Source of the DNA: Vulcanisaeta distributa DSM 14429
GTDB lineage: Archaea > Thermoproteota > Thermoprotei > Thermoproteales > Thermocladiaceae
Direction: 5' to 3'
Length of the DNA: 32,000 nt
NCBI RefSeq assembly: GCF_000148385.1
Contig: NC_014537.1
Span: 1,290,001-1,322,000, forward strand
In this document: piece by piece, positions 24,379-32,000 of the stretch
How the letters are laid out: the number at the start of each line of letters is the position of its first letter
Position numbering within the stretch: position 1 is the first letter of the stretch
Program-made: the position numbers and the translations under genes
The notes under the pieces: generated by a model
The model's database searches: none
What the model was told of the DNA's origin: nothing
What the model saw: the letters and a program-made list of their open reading frames with translations, nothing else

Positions 24379-25086
24379 TTAACCATTAATTTTCACGAGA
24401 AAGGGACACCTCGAGTCAAGCGTATATCCCCTTACTTTGCATTTTAAGGCAATCACCCTGTTACTTACTGTAACGGCCTTGCACCCATCATTTAATGTCG
24501 TTGTTGGTAGCAACATCATCAATGCCTTGGCAATTATGCCCTGCGCCTTCATGACTAATTCTTCATTACCCAATTCCTCAATCAGCAGATCTAGTATTGA
24601 CTTTCTATTTACATTATGAAAATCATTTGGGATTAGTAATAATACGGATTTAGGAAAGCCAAGCGATGGTAGCACATGCAATGGATCCAGCCCGTCCTTA
24701 GATGCCTTAATCATGAGCAACTTAAAGTAAGCGTTAATGCATTCATTACCAAATTCATCTAAATCCCATTCATGCCCTACCATGAATGTTACATCTTGAC
24801 AAAGATCATGGTCGTTAATGAAACCGCCCACACACAAAAGCTCTAATGCGATTAATCCCTTAGTTGTCACTATGTAATGGTTCTTATCAGCCCTTATGAT
24901 ATAGCCCCAACTCATTAGGTCTGCTATTTTTCTATATACTGTCGCCACGCTCATGCCTGTGTAGTCCACAATTAGTTTGTATAGTGATGATCCATTTACG
25001 GCGCCTTGATCTCTTATTGCACGCATGATTACCTTCAATATCATCTTCAGTATTAGTAAATGAACAATATCTATGCCCGTAATCAT
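24379..25086 (-). CDS. Hypothetical protein with a probable N-terminal winged-helix DNA-binding domain
   Basis: 235-aa ORF. AIRDQGAVNGSSLYKLIVDYTGMSVATVYRKIADLMSWGYIIRADKNHYIVTTKGL looks like an archaeal wHTH. I do not recognise the C-terminal ~150 aa. Confidence 0.4.
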   Translation of the reverse strand: MITGIDIVHLLILKMILKVIMRAIRDQGAVNGSSLYKLIVDYTGMSVATVYRKIADLMSWGYIIRADKNHYIVTTKGLIALELLCVGGFINDHDLCQDVTFMVGHEWDLDEFGNECINAYFKLLMIKASKDGLDPLHVLPSLGFPKSVLLLIPNDFHNVNRKSILDLLIEELGNEELVMKAQGIIAKALMMLLPTTTLNDGCKAVTVSNRVIALKCKVRGYTLDSRCPFLVKING

Positions 25087-25168
25087 TATTAATTATTTTT
25101 AACTAAAATTATTTTTATTTTTATCCATTAATTCAAACTCATGGCACATTCAATCGCTCTAATCCTCA

Positions 25169-26098
25169 CTAATACTTGTTATAAAAGACCTGCTTTAATG
25201 TTGATCCAATAAGTCCAATTACTGCCCTCGCGTGTGGTACTGGGAATCCGTAGAATCCGTGGGTTACTCCATTGAATCTTACGGTTACCGTGGGTACCCC
25301 TGCCTCGGCAAGCTTTGCGGCATAAGTCTCTGCTGAGTCCCTTAGTGGGTCGTACTCTGAGGTTATTACTAGGGCTGGTGGTAGGTTGCTTAGGTTGTCT
25401 ACTAGTATTGGTGAGAACCTTGGATCGAAGGCGTCAGCAGGGCTCCTGAGGTATGCCCTATTGAAGAATGCCATTGCTTCGCGCTCGAGGAATAAACCAG
25501 TGGAGTATTCCCTAATAGTGTATGATGCCAGGTCAACGCCAACGAATGGGTTTATCAGGACTTGGTACTTTAGAGTTGGTTTTAGTCCCTGGTCTCTAGC
25601 CATTATTGCAACTACGGCGGCTAAATTACCACCGGCGCTATCACCACCAATGGCCACCTTCTCTGGGTCACCATTGATTTCCCTGGCATGTTCGAGAACC
25701 CACTTGGTTGAGTCTAAGGCGTCAATTACGGCTGCTGGGAATTTATGTTCAGGGGCTAGCCTATAGTCCACGGAAACCACCACGCAATCGCAGGCGGCGG
25801 CTAACTCACGGCATAGTGGGTCGTAGGTTTCCACGTCGCCAAGTACGAAACCACCACCGTGAAGGTAAACGAGAACTCCGAAATTGTTGCCTTCTCTGGG
25901 TATGTAGACTCTGGCGGGTATTTTTGCCTCGGTGCCTGGTATGGTTATGTCGTAGACCTTATAAATGGGTCTCCTTGGCTGTGACGTGAAGAATGCCCTA
26001 AACATCTTCCTGAACTCATCAAGTGATACCTTGATCATTTGAGGCATTACCTTATTCAGCTCCTCAAGGATTTTCCTAACCGCCGGATCCAGGGGCAT
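25169..26098 (-). CDS. Alpha/beta-hydrolase carboxylesterase, hormone-sensitive-lipase (HSL/family IV) type
   Basis: 309-aa ORF. It has the oxyanion motif HGGGF, the nucleophile elbow GDSAGGN, and acid and His in DPLRD ... HGF. Confidence 0.9.
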   Translation of the reverse strand: MPLDPAVRKILEELNKVMPQMIKVSLDEFRKMFRAFFTSQPRRPIYKVYDITIPGTEAKIPARVYIPREGNNFGVLVYLHGGGFVLGDVETYDPLCRELAAACDCVVVSVDYRLAPEHKFPAAVIDALDSTKWVLEHAREINGDPEKVAIGGDSAGGNLAAVVAIMARDQGLKPTLKYQVLINPFVGVDLASYTIREYSTGLFLEREAMAFFNRAYLRSPADAFDPRFSPILVDNLSNLPPALVITSEYDPLRDSAETYAAKLAEAGVPTVTVRFNGVTHGFYGFPVPHARAVIGLIGSTLKQVFYNKY

Positions 26099-26171
26099 AT
26101 TTGCTAGCCCAGGTTAATGCCCTAAAAGTGTTTGCTCTATATAGGCATTAAACTAATACAAAAACACACCA

Positions 26172-26456
26172 TTAATGGCTCCAACCCCACCTCCTCCTAT
26201 GTCTATGCCTGGCTGGTTCTGGCCTTGATATAATGGATACGAGGGTGCTAGATGCGATATCGGCATCAAGCACAATTACCGACCCATCCTCCCTCTGAAC
26301 GAGGACCGGTCCACAGGGCGTACTTATTAGTACCCTAATAACTGAACCAGTCATTAAACCGAGGTCGATTAACCTATCACTACCAAGTTTGACTATCTTT
26401 ACCAGTGAGTTATTTGGTACCCTATTTATTGATATATACTCGTTATTTACACTCAT
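26172..26456 (-). CDS. feoA: FeoA-domain protein (start trimmed relative to the ORF track)
   Basis: The ATG at 26456-26454 overlaps the feoB stop (ATGA). The 94-aa product MSVNNEYISINRVPNNSLVKIVKLGSDRLIDLGLMTGSVIRVLISTPCGPVLVQREDGSVIVLDADIASSTLV matches the FeoA SH3-like pattern. The tail is basic and His-rich (ARHRHRRRWGWSH). Confidence 0.7.
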   Translation of the reverse strand: MSVNNEYISINRVPNNSLVKIVKLGSDRLIDLGLMTGSVIRVLISTPCGPVLVQREDGSVIVLDADIASSTLVSIISRPEPARHRHRRRWGWSH

Positions 26457-28453
26457 ACGAACAACCTCGATGCAATTAATGCCATGTGATAAGCCATGTA
26501 TGCTAATCCTAACGCTACTAGGAACTGTAAAATCGTGTTGATCACCGTAAGCCTTAAGCCCACAACCTGTTTCTCGGTAATAAGCGTTGCAATACATGGT
26601 GAGTAGAAGGTTGTAAAAACTATCAGTGCTATGGCGGATGGCAGCGAAATAAATGATTTAACCGCATGAATAAGCCCACCCTCCTCAACACCATACATTA
26701 AAGCCAGAGTGCTTAATACAACCTCCTTAAATATATACCCATAAACCAACGCCGCAGAGAACTGCCAGGGTATGCCTATTTGGCTTAACAATGGCGACAA
26801 TGCATTACCTATTATGCTAAGCCACGTTTGCCTCAGGAGCACGGGATTATCAAGAGCCTTTGGGCCTATTACACCACTTGGTCCACTTATTGAAAGGAAC
26901 CACATTACTATTATAAAAATCACTATTAACGCCCCAGCCCTGGAAATGAATTCATAAGTATAATGCCAAACCTTCTTAATGAATGCCTTATGTAAGGGTA
27001 ATACTAATGGAGGTAATGTGTAGGAATACGGCGCTTTTCCACCTATGAACTTTAAATGTACCTTTGAGAAACTCGATATAATAATCACGCCGATTAACGC
27101 CACTGCATATGGTAGTACAACAACGAGGCCCATTAAATGCGGTAATACTGCGGCGGCTATTAATGATATTATCACGAACCTGGCGGTGCATGGTATATAG
27201 GGGATCATTAATGCAGTGAGTACCCTATCCCTAATGTTTGGCATAGCTTTAGTGGCGGTTATTGCAGGTACGTTACACCCAGAGCCGGCGATTAAGTATA
27301 TTAAACCCCTTGAAGGGATACCAACACGCCTTAACCACCTCTCTATTGGGAATGATATTCTCACGATCAATCCTGAATCCTCTATAAACGCTATTAAGAG
27401 GGCAACCCCAAAGACGTAGGGTATAAAGTCTATTAATGTTGATATCCCATTCCACACCCCATCAATAATTAATGACCTAATTAATTCATTGGTTACGTAA
27501 TACCCAACAACATCATTTATTGGCAATGAATTAAGGGCAGTTGATAATAGGTCCACCAGTGGTTCTAGAGCGAGGAATATGGTCTCAGCTACTACAAATA
27601 ATAATAATAAAATGGAGATGATTGGTCCGTATTTAGGATTCATGAATAATTCGTCATATTTACTGAACGAGGGCTTTCCACTCTTTATAACAAACCTATT
27701 AATAAGTGATCTTACAACATTCCAGCGCATAGCCGCGACATAACTACTTACATCTTCAATCTCTCTACGGGCGCTCTCAATCAACTGCCTAACATAATCA
27801 TTATTCAATAGGCTACCTATTATTTCCTTCGCAACTGGGTTATCACTGATCACCTCTATTGCAAGCCCCCGTGATATTCCGAGGGTATTAGACAAAGTCT
27901 CTATGTATTTCTCAAGTTTTCCGTAATTAATAATATGCGTATTACCCTGCCCTAATTCATATATCTTAATTATCATATTCTTCAATTTACTCAACCCGGC
28001 GCCCTTAGCAGCTACTGTAGGTAATACAGGTATTCCTAAGGCTTTACTTAATCCTTCAATGTCGTATTGAAAGCCCCTCCTAGATGCTAAATCCATCATA
28101 TTAAGAACTAGAATTACAGGTTTACCTAGTTCAAGGACTTGAATAAGTAAGTAGAGAGTCTGTTCAGGGTCAAGTGCGGATCCAACCACTATTATGCCGT
28201 CATAGTCACCCCGTAATATCTCCCTGGCAGCCACAGACTCATCAACCATATTGGCTCTAAGGCTGTAGGTTCCTGGTAAGTCTATGATTGATACTTTAAT
28301 TCCGTTAATGTTGTATTCAACTCTATTTATTGAAACCGTGGTACCTGGGTAATTGGCAATCCTTATAGTAACGCCACTGAGTTCACTGACTATGGTGGAT
28401 TTACCACAATTTGGTATACCAGCAATAAGAACCTTGATATTATTATCACGCAT
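26453..28453 (-). CDS. feoB: Ferrous iron transporter FeoB
   Basis: 666-aa ORF. The N-terminal G domain has GIPNCGKST (G1), DLPGTYS (G3) and NMMD (G4). A polytopic membrane domain with gate-like repeats follows. Confidence 0.9.
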   Translation of the reverse strand: MRDNNIKVLIAGIPNCGKSTIVSELSGVTIRIANYPGTTVSINRVEYNINGIKVSIIDLPGTYSLRANMVDESVAAREILRGDYDGIIVVGSALDPEQTLYLLIQVLELGKPVILVLNMMDLASRRGFQYDIEGLSKALGIPVLPTVAAKGAGLSKLKNMIIKIYELGQGNTHIINYGKLEKYIETLSNTLGISRGLAIEVISDNPVAKEIIGSLLNNDYVRQLIESARREIEDVSSYVAAMRWNVVRSLINRFVIKSGKPSFSKYDELFMNPKYGPIISILLLLFVVAETIFLALEPLVDLLSTALNSLPINDVVGYYVTNELIRSLIIDGVWNGISTLIDFIPYVFGVALLIAFIEDSGLIVRISFPIERWLRRVGIPSRGLIYLIAGSGCNVPAITATKAMPNIRDRVLTALMIPYIPCTARFVIISLIAAAVLPHLMGLVVVLPYAVALIGVIIISSFSKVHLKFIGGKAPYSYTLPPLVLPLHKAFIKKVWHYTYEFISRAGALIVIFIIVMWFLSISGPSGVIGPKALDNPVLLRQTWLSIIGNALSPLLSQIGIPWQFSAALVYGYIFKEVVLSTLALMYGVEEGGLIHAVKSFISLPSAIALIVFTTFYSPCIATLITEKQVVGLRLTVINTILQFLVALGLAYMAYHMALIASRLFV

Positions 28454-28509
28454 TTAGTAATCAACTCTCTGTTATATAAGCTACTTAAAAAGCTATTCTT
28501 TGGGCTGAA

Positions 28510-28524
28510 TTAGGGTAGCCCTAA
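28510..28524. promoter_or_regulatory. Palindrome TTAGGG-TAG-CCCTAA (site 1), candidate metalloregulator operator
   Basis: 6-bp perfect arms. It lies just upstream of the TATA-like TTTATAAATA (28533-42) and is a near-identical copy of site 2. Confidence 0.45.
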
Positions 28525-28544
28525 CAGAAAGGTTTATAAATATC

Positions 28545-28561
28545 ATTAGGGTAACCCTAAT
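28545..28561. promoter_or_regulatory. Perfect 17-bp palindrome ATTAGGGT-A-ACCCTAAT (site 2), candidate metalloregulator operator
   Basis: 8-bp perfect arms around a central A. It lies immediately downstream of the TATA-like box at 28533-42, centre-to-centre 36 bp from site 1. Confidence 0.5.
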
Positions 28562-28609
28562 AATATACAGAAAACCACATTCTCAAGAAGGTCACCCAAG
28601 ATATGGCTA

Positions 28610-29329
28610 TTGGCGGTCATTATATCAGTGGCCATAATTATTGCCATAATGTCAATGCCTGAAGTACTCGAGCCCCTTGCCAAGTACATAGTTAAGTCTA
28701 TGGGACCCTACTGGTTAATTGCTGTACTCATTGTTGGTGTAATACATGGTTTGAAGCCTGATGAGCATACTTGGCCAATAACGGTGACTTATGGCTTGAT
28801 GCAGAGAAACGTGGGAGGTGTTATAGCCGCAGTTTCCGTATTTGCCGGTGCCTTGACCCTAGTGTGGACTTTGATGAGCGCCTTAATTGGTGAGTTGATG
28901 GGATTACTTAATACTTCGATTCTTGATCCATACGTTGATATAATTGTTGGGTTAACAATGATAGGGGTTGCCGCATACCTAGTATTTGGAAGGCATGGGG
29001 ATTACCATGACGTTAAGACCGCGGATTATAAGTTAATATGGATTCACGGCTTAGCCGCAGCATTTGGTGGTGATTTCTTCATAGTATTAATTCTGACCAT
29101 CGCCATTGTTCCCATGATCACGACTGACTTATCATTCCTGGTTGGTTTCATGTTTGGTTTTGGTTCTTGGCTAGCCCAGACCGTCATAGTGCTGGCCATC
29201 TATAAAGGTGTGATTAAGAGCGTTGGTGATTGGAGCGTTGTGGCTGAGGCCGGTAGGATTGCCCTTGGTATATTGGGCCTGTTCATGATTGGCCTTGGTA
29301 TCTACTCATTCTTTACCCCCAGTGATTAG
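28610..29329 (+). CDS. Polytopic membrane protein, putative metal-cation transporter (H-x4-D-x-H motif, NicO/HupE-UreJ-like)
   Basis: 239-aa ORF with about 6 hydrophobic segments. The motif VGVIHGLKPDEHTWPI at the end of TM2 is reminiscent of the RHxxDxDH signature of Ni/Co transporter families. The gene is divergent from feoBA with shared palindromes. The start is uncertain (TTG 28610, ATG 28649 or ATG 28655). Confidence 0.4.
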   Translation: MAVIISVAIIIAIMSMPEVLEPLAKYIVKSMGPYWLIAVLIVGVIHGLKPDEHTWPITVTYGLMQRNVGGVIAAVSVFAGALTLVWTLMSALIGELMGLLNTSILDPYVDIIVGLTMIGVAAYLVFGRHGDYHDVKTADYKLIWIHGLAAAFGGDFFIVLILTIAIVPMITTDLSFLVGFMFGFGSWLAQTVIVLAIYKGVIKSVGDWSVVAEAGRIALGILGLFMIGLGIYSFFTPSD

Positions 29330-29350
29330 GGAAGCATTATTTTTAAACAG

Positions 29351-30424
29351 GTGTTTTGGCGTTTCAGTATTGTGGTTGTTACTGAAAGTATTAGGTTGAG
29401 GAATTACCTGTTTAATTATCCCGTTAATAGGCCCAGGAGGCTTAGGTCGAATGTGCTCATTAGGAATATGGTTGCTGAGACTATGCTCAGGCCTGATGAC
29501 TTCGTAATGCCCATATTCGTCAGGGAGGATATTAATGAACCTGAACCCATTAAGTCATTGCCTGGACAGTACAGGTGGCCCCTTAATGATAAGTTGATCA
29601 ACTTCGTTGATCAGTTGGTTAGTTCTGGCATTAGGTCGGTTATTTTATTTGGCATACCTGAGCATAAGGATGAGTGGGGTAGTTCGGCGTACGATGAGCA
29701 TGGCATAATACAGAGGACGATTAAGTTCCTTAAGGACTCCTTTGAGGATAAACTCATTGTAATGGCTGACGTATGCCTATGCGAGTACACGGATCATGGC
29801 CACTGCGGTGTTGTTAAGAAATTGCCTGATGGCAGGTATATAGTTGATAATGACTCAACAATAGAGCTCTACGCCAAGACCGCAGTGACATACGCGGAGT
29901 CTGGTGTTGATGTTGTTGCGCCGTCCGGCATGATGGATGGGCAGGTTAAGGCAATTAGGGAAGCCCTTGACAGGGCCGGCTTTAATGACGTTGTCATAAT
30001 GGCTTACAGCGCTAAGTACGCGAGTTCGTTCTACGGTCCGTTCAGGGAGGCCGCAGCCAGTGCGCCTAAGTTTGGTGATAGGCGTAGTTATCAGATGGAC
30101 CCGAGGAATGCGCACGAGGCCCTTAAGGAGGTTGCCATGGACATTAATGAGGGTGCTGACATAGTCATGGTTAAACCAGCAATGCTTTATCTTGATGTTA
30201 TTAGGCTTGTGAAGCAGAACTTTCCTGAGGTTCCGTTGGCCGCCTACCAGGTCAGTGGTGAGTATGCAATGCTTAAGGCTGCTATAATGAATGGTTGGCT
30301 TGATGAGAAGAGGGCAATTCTTGAGTCTTTAATTGCCATTAGGAGGGCTGGAGCAGATTTAATAATCACGTACTTCGCAAAGGATGTTGTTAATTATCTC
30401 GATGAAATTGAGAGACTCTTCTGA
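29351..30424 (+). CDS. hemB: Porphobilinogen synthase (delta-aminolevulinate dehydratase), Zn-type
   Basis: 357-aa ORF. It has RPRRLR near the N-terminus, the Cys-rich Zn site DVCLCEYTDHGHCG, and the catalytic Lys motifs SAKYASSFYGPFR and IVMVKPAMLYLD. The start is uncertain (GTG 29351 or TTG 29396). Confidence 0.9.
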   Translation: MFWRFSIVVVTESIRLRNYLFNYPVNRPRRLRSNVLIRNMVAETMLRPDDFVMPIFVREDINEPEPIKSLPGQYRWPLNDKLINFVDQLVSSGIRSVILFGIPEHKDEWGSSAYDEHGIIQRTIKFLKDSFEDKLIVMADVCLCEYTDHGHCGVVKKLPDGRYIVDNDSTIELYAKTAVTYAESGVDVVAPSGMMDGQVKAIREALDRAGFNDVVIMAYSAKYASSFYGPFREAAASAPKFGDRRSYQMDPRNAHEALKEVAMDINEGADIVMVKPAMLYLDVIRLVKQNFPEVPLAAYQVSGEYAMLKAAIMNGWLDEKRAILESLIAIRRAGADLIITYFAKDVVNYLDEIERLF

Positions 30425-30439
30425 TTAATGACTTAGTCT

Positions 30440-30472
30440 AAAAATAAGTATTTATTCAATATACTTATTTTT
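30440..30472. terminator. 12-bp perfect inverted repeat ending in a T-run after hemB (terminator-like hairpin or protein-binding palindrome)
   Basis: AAAAATAAGTAT (30440-51), loop TTATTCAAT, ATACTTATTTTT (30461-72). It starts 15 nt after the hemB stop. The right arm ends in T5, consistent with archaeal oligo-T termination. A TATA-like ATATAAAT for the next gene follows at about 30488-95. Confidence 0.4.
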
Positions 30473-30510
30473 ATTCTAGAGAAAACAATATAAATCCCTC
30501 TAACCACATC

Positions 30511-31734
30511 ATGTCGACCAATATGAATATTACTCAATTCCTGGCTGATAGATCAAAGTTAATGAGAGCTTCTGAAATCAGGGAGTTACTGAAGTGGGTT
30601 ACTGAGAATGTGATTTCCTTTGGCGGTGGAATGCCCGACCCATCGTCATTCCCCGTTAAGGAAATAATTGAGGTAACGAGGGACGTATTATCAATAAAGG
30701 CCGATAAGGCACTTCAGTATGGAACCACTGGCGGTGTAACGGAGCTAAGGGAGGAAATAGTTAGGTTTATGGGTAAGGAGGGTATTAGGGTTGATGGTCC
30801 TGAGAACGTAATAATTACGGTTGGTAGTCAGGAGGCCCTTGATATAATTGGTAGGTTATTCATAAACCCTGGAGATTACGTAATTACTGAAAGTCCAACG
30901 TACTTAGCAGCATTGCAAGCCTTTAGGATTTATGGACCTAGGATAATTGGTATACCCATGGATAATTATGGAATTAGGGTTGATATTCTTGAGGACACGA
31001 TTAAGAAAGTAATTGATGATGGCGGTAAACCCAAGTTCATATACGTAATACCCACCGGTCAAAATCCAACGGGCATTACAATGAGTATGGAAAGAAGAAA
31101 GTCGCTACTTGACATCGCCAGTAGGTATGACTTATTAGTAATTGAGGATGACCCATACGGCTACATATACTTCGGCGATGAAGAGCCGCCTGCAAGACTT
31201 AAGGCAATGGATAGTGAGGGTAGGGTTATTTACCTATCCACATTCAGTAAGATAGCTGCGCCCGGGCTTAGGCTTGGTTGGGTTGCGGCGAGTAGTGAGG
31301 TGATTAGGTGGTTTGAGCTTGCTAAGCAATCAATTGACCTGCACACATCGACACTTAATCAGTACATAGCCGCTGAATTATTGAGGAGGGGTGTTATTGA
31401 GAGGAATATACCGAGGATTAAGGAGATTTATAGGAGTAAGAGGGACCTAATGCTTCAAGCGTTAAGTGAGCACATGCCTGAGGGTGTTACCTGGACTAGG
31501 CCCTCAGCTGGCATGTTCATTTGGTTAACAACGCCTGAGAAGATTGATACTGGTGAAATGCTTAATGTTGCCATTAAGAAGTATGGGGTTGCTTACGTAC
31601 CAGGTAAGTCCTTTTACCCAAATGAGGATAGGCATAATGACATGAGACTTAACTTCACATACCCAACACCGCAGCAGATCTTCGAGGGCATTAAGAGACT
31701 CGCACTGGCCATTAAGGAATATCTATCACAGTAG
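30511..31734 (+). CDS. PLP-dependent aminotransferase, class I/II fold (aromatic / 2-aminoadipate aminotransferase-like)
   Basis: 407-aa ORF. It has a SEIRELLK N-terminal motif, IPTGQNPTG, LLVIEDDPYG and the PLP-Lys motif STFSKIAAPGLRLGW. Confidence 0.85.
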   Translation: MSTNMNITQFLADRSKLMRASEIRELLKWVTENVISFGGGMPDPSSFPVKEIIEVTRDVLSIKADKALQYGTTGGVTELREEIVRFMGKEGIRVDGPENVIITVGSQEALDIIGRLFINPGDYVITESPTYLAALQAFRIYGPRIIGIPMDNYGIRVDILEDTIKKVIDDGGKPKFIYVIPTGQNPTGITMSMERRKSLLDIASRYDLLVIEDDPYGYIYFGDEEPPARLKAMDSEGRVIYLSTFSKIAAPGLRLGWVAASSEVIRWFELAKQSIDLHTSTLNQYIAAELLRRGVIERNIPRIKEIYRSKRDLMLQALSEHMPEGVTWTRPSAGMFIWLTTPEKIDTGEMLNVAIKKYGVAYVPGKSFYPNEDRHNDMRLNFTYPTPQQIFEGIKRLALAIKEYLSQ

Positions 31735-31839
31735 TTTCAGTTCTCAGAAATTTAATGAAGTTTCACGTGGGGTTTATCATAAGTATCATAGTTTAATACT
31801 CTACGAATCCTTATAAGCTACTAAGTAGATCCTAACTCA

Positions 31840-32000
31840 ATGCAGAGAGGTAATACTAGTGATAGTTCCATTAATGAACTTAGCATTAATAAATTAGGTG
31901 ATGTGCTAGGGATTGTCGAAAAGAGTATTAATGAAAACAGTAGATTAATATTAACCGTAAGCTCGAAACTTAGCTATAATGACTTAATCAGTAAGTTATT
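31840..32000 (+). CDS. Hypothetical ORF, 5' part only (runs off the right edge)
   Basis: From ATG 31840 the frame is open to the window end: MQRGNTSDSSINELSINKLGDVLGIVEKSINENSRLILTVSSKLSYNDLISKL... I recognise no motif, and the opposite strand is full of stops. Confidence 0.25.
   Translation, partial: MQRGNTSDSSINELSINKLGDVLGIVEKSINENSRLILTVSSKLSYNDLISKL

Noticed and set aside
26457-26597. N-terminal 47 codons of the 141-aa track ORF (26172-26597)
   Set aside because: This part overlaps the 3' end of feoB in another frame and has no FeoA similarity. The internal ATG at 26456, which overlaps the feoB stop, gives a normal-length FeoA.
28603-28662. 19-codon His/Cys-containing mini-ORF (MAIGGHYISGHNYCHNVNA) starting at the first ATG after the predicted TSS. 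It is out of frame with the transporter ORF and ends next to that ORF's candidate ATG starts.
   Set aside because: A metal-sensing leader peptide is tempting, but the ORF is too short to distinguish from chance. No supporting structure or conservation can be assessed from this window.
1-32000. CRISPR arrays, IS elements or transposases, integrases, rRNA genes
   Set aside because: I found no regularly spaced direct repeats, no terminal inverted repeats flanking a transposase-like ORF, and no rRNA-like conserved blocks on either strand. The only repeats seen are the short ones reported above.

Overview
The window looks like a chromosomal segment from a hyperthermophilic crenarchaeon, probably Thermoproteales (Vulcanisaeta/Caldivirga/Pyrobaculum-like). 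The supporting signs are a PaREP1-family gene, AT-rich TATA-type promoters about 25-30 bp upstream of start codons, an archaeal-type tRNA-Trp, and box C/D sRNA-like elements. I see no CRISPR array, rRNA or obvious mobile element.

Gene content, left to right:
- a partial DUF255 thioredoxin-domain protein that the ORF track misses
- a rhodanese divergent from a DsrE-like protein
- class II fumarase and pirin
- an archaeal-type mercury locus: an ArsR-family regulator, an unlisted 57-aa TRASH/MerH-like ORF, MerA, and a divergent pair (CC-motif membrane protein plus thioredoxin-like protein)
- a second sulfur-relay-like cluster: DsrE-like, DUF2249/TusA-fold-like, rhodanese, DUF1641-like
- a convergent PmbA/TldD pair and a PH-domain membrane protein
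- a five-gene Opp/Dpp-type ABC transporter
- PaREP1, tRNA-Trp, an APC permease, a wHTH protein and an HSL-family esterase
- feoB-feoA, a putative metal transporter, hemB and a class I aminotransferase

The signals I consider most worth following up:
1. Three tandem box C/D sRNA candidates on the minus strand in the ORF-free 318-bp gap at 21185-21502.
2. The extended mer locus, where the CC-membrane/thioredoxin pair shares a bidirectional promoter with merH-merA. That promoter carries an ArsR/SmtB-type TGAA-N6-TTCA inverted repeat. The pair is a candidate archaeal Hg(II)-handling or uptake module.
3. Twin TTAGGGTA(G/A)CCCTAA palindromes bracketing a TATA box between feoB and the putative metal transporter.

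All functional calls come from motif recognition by eye. No database search was run.
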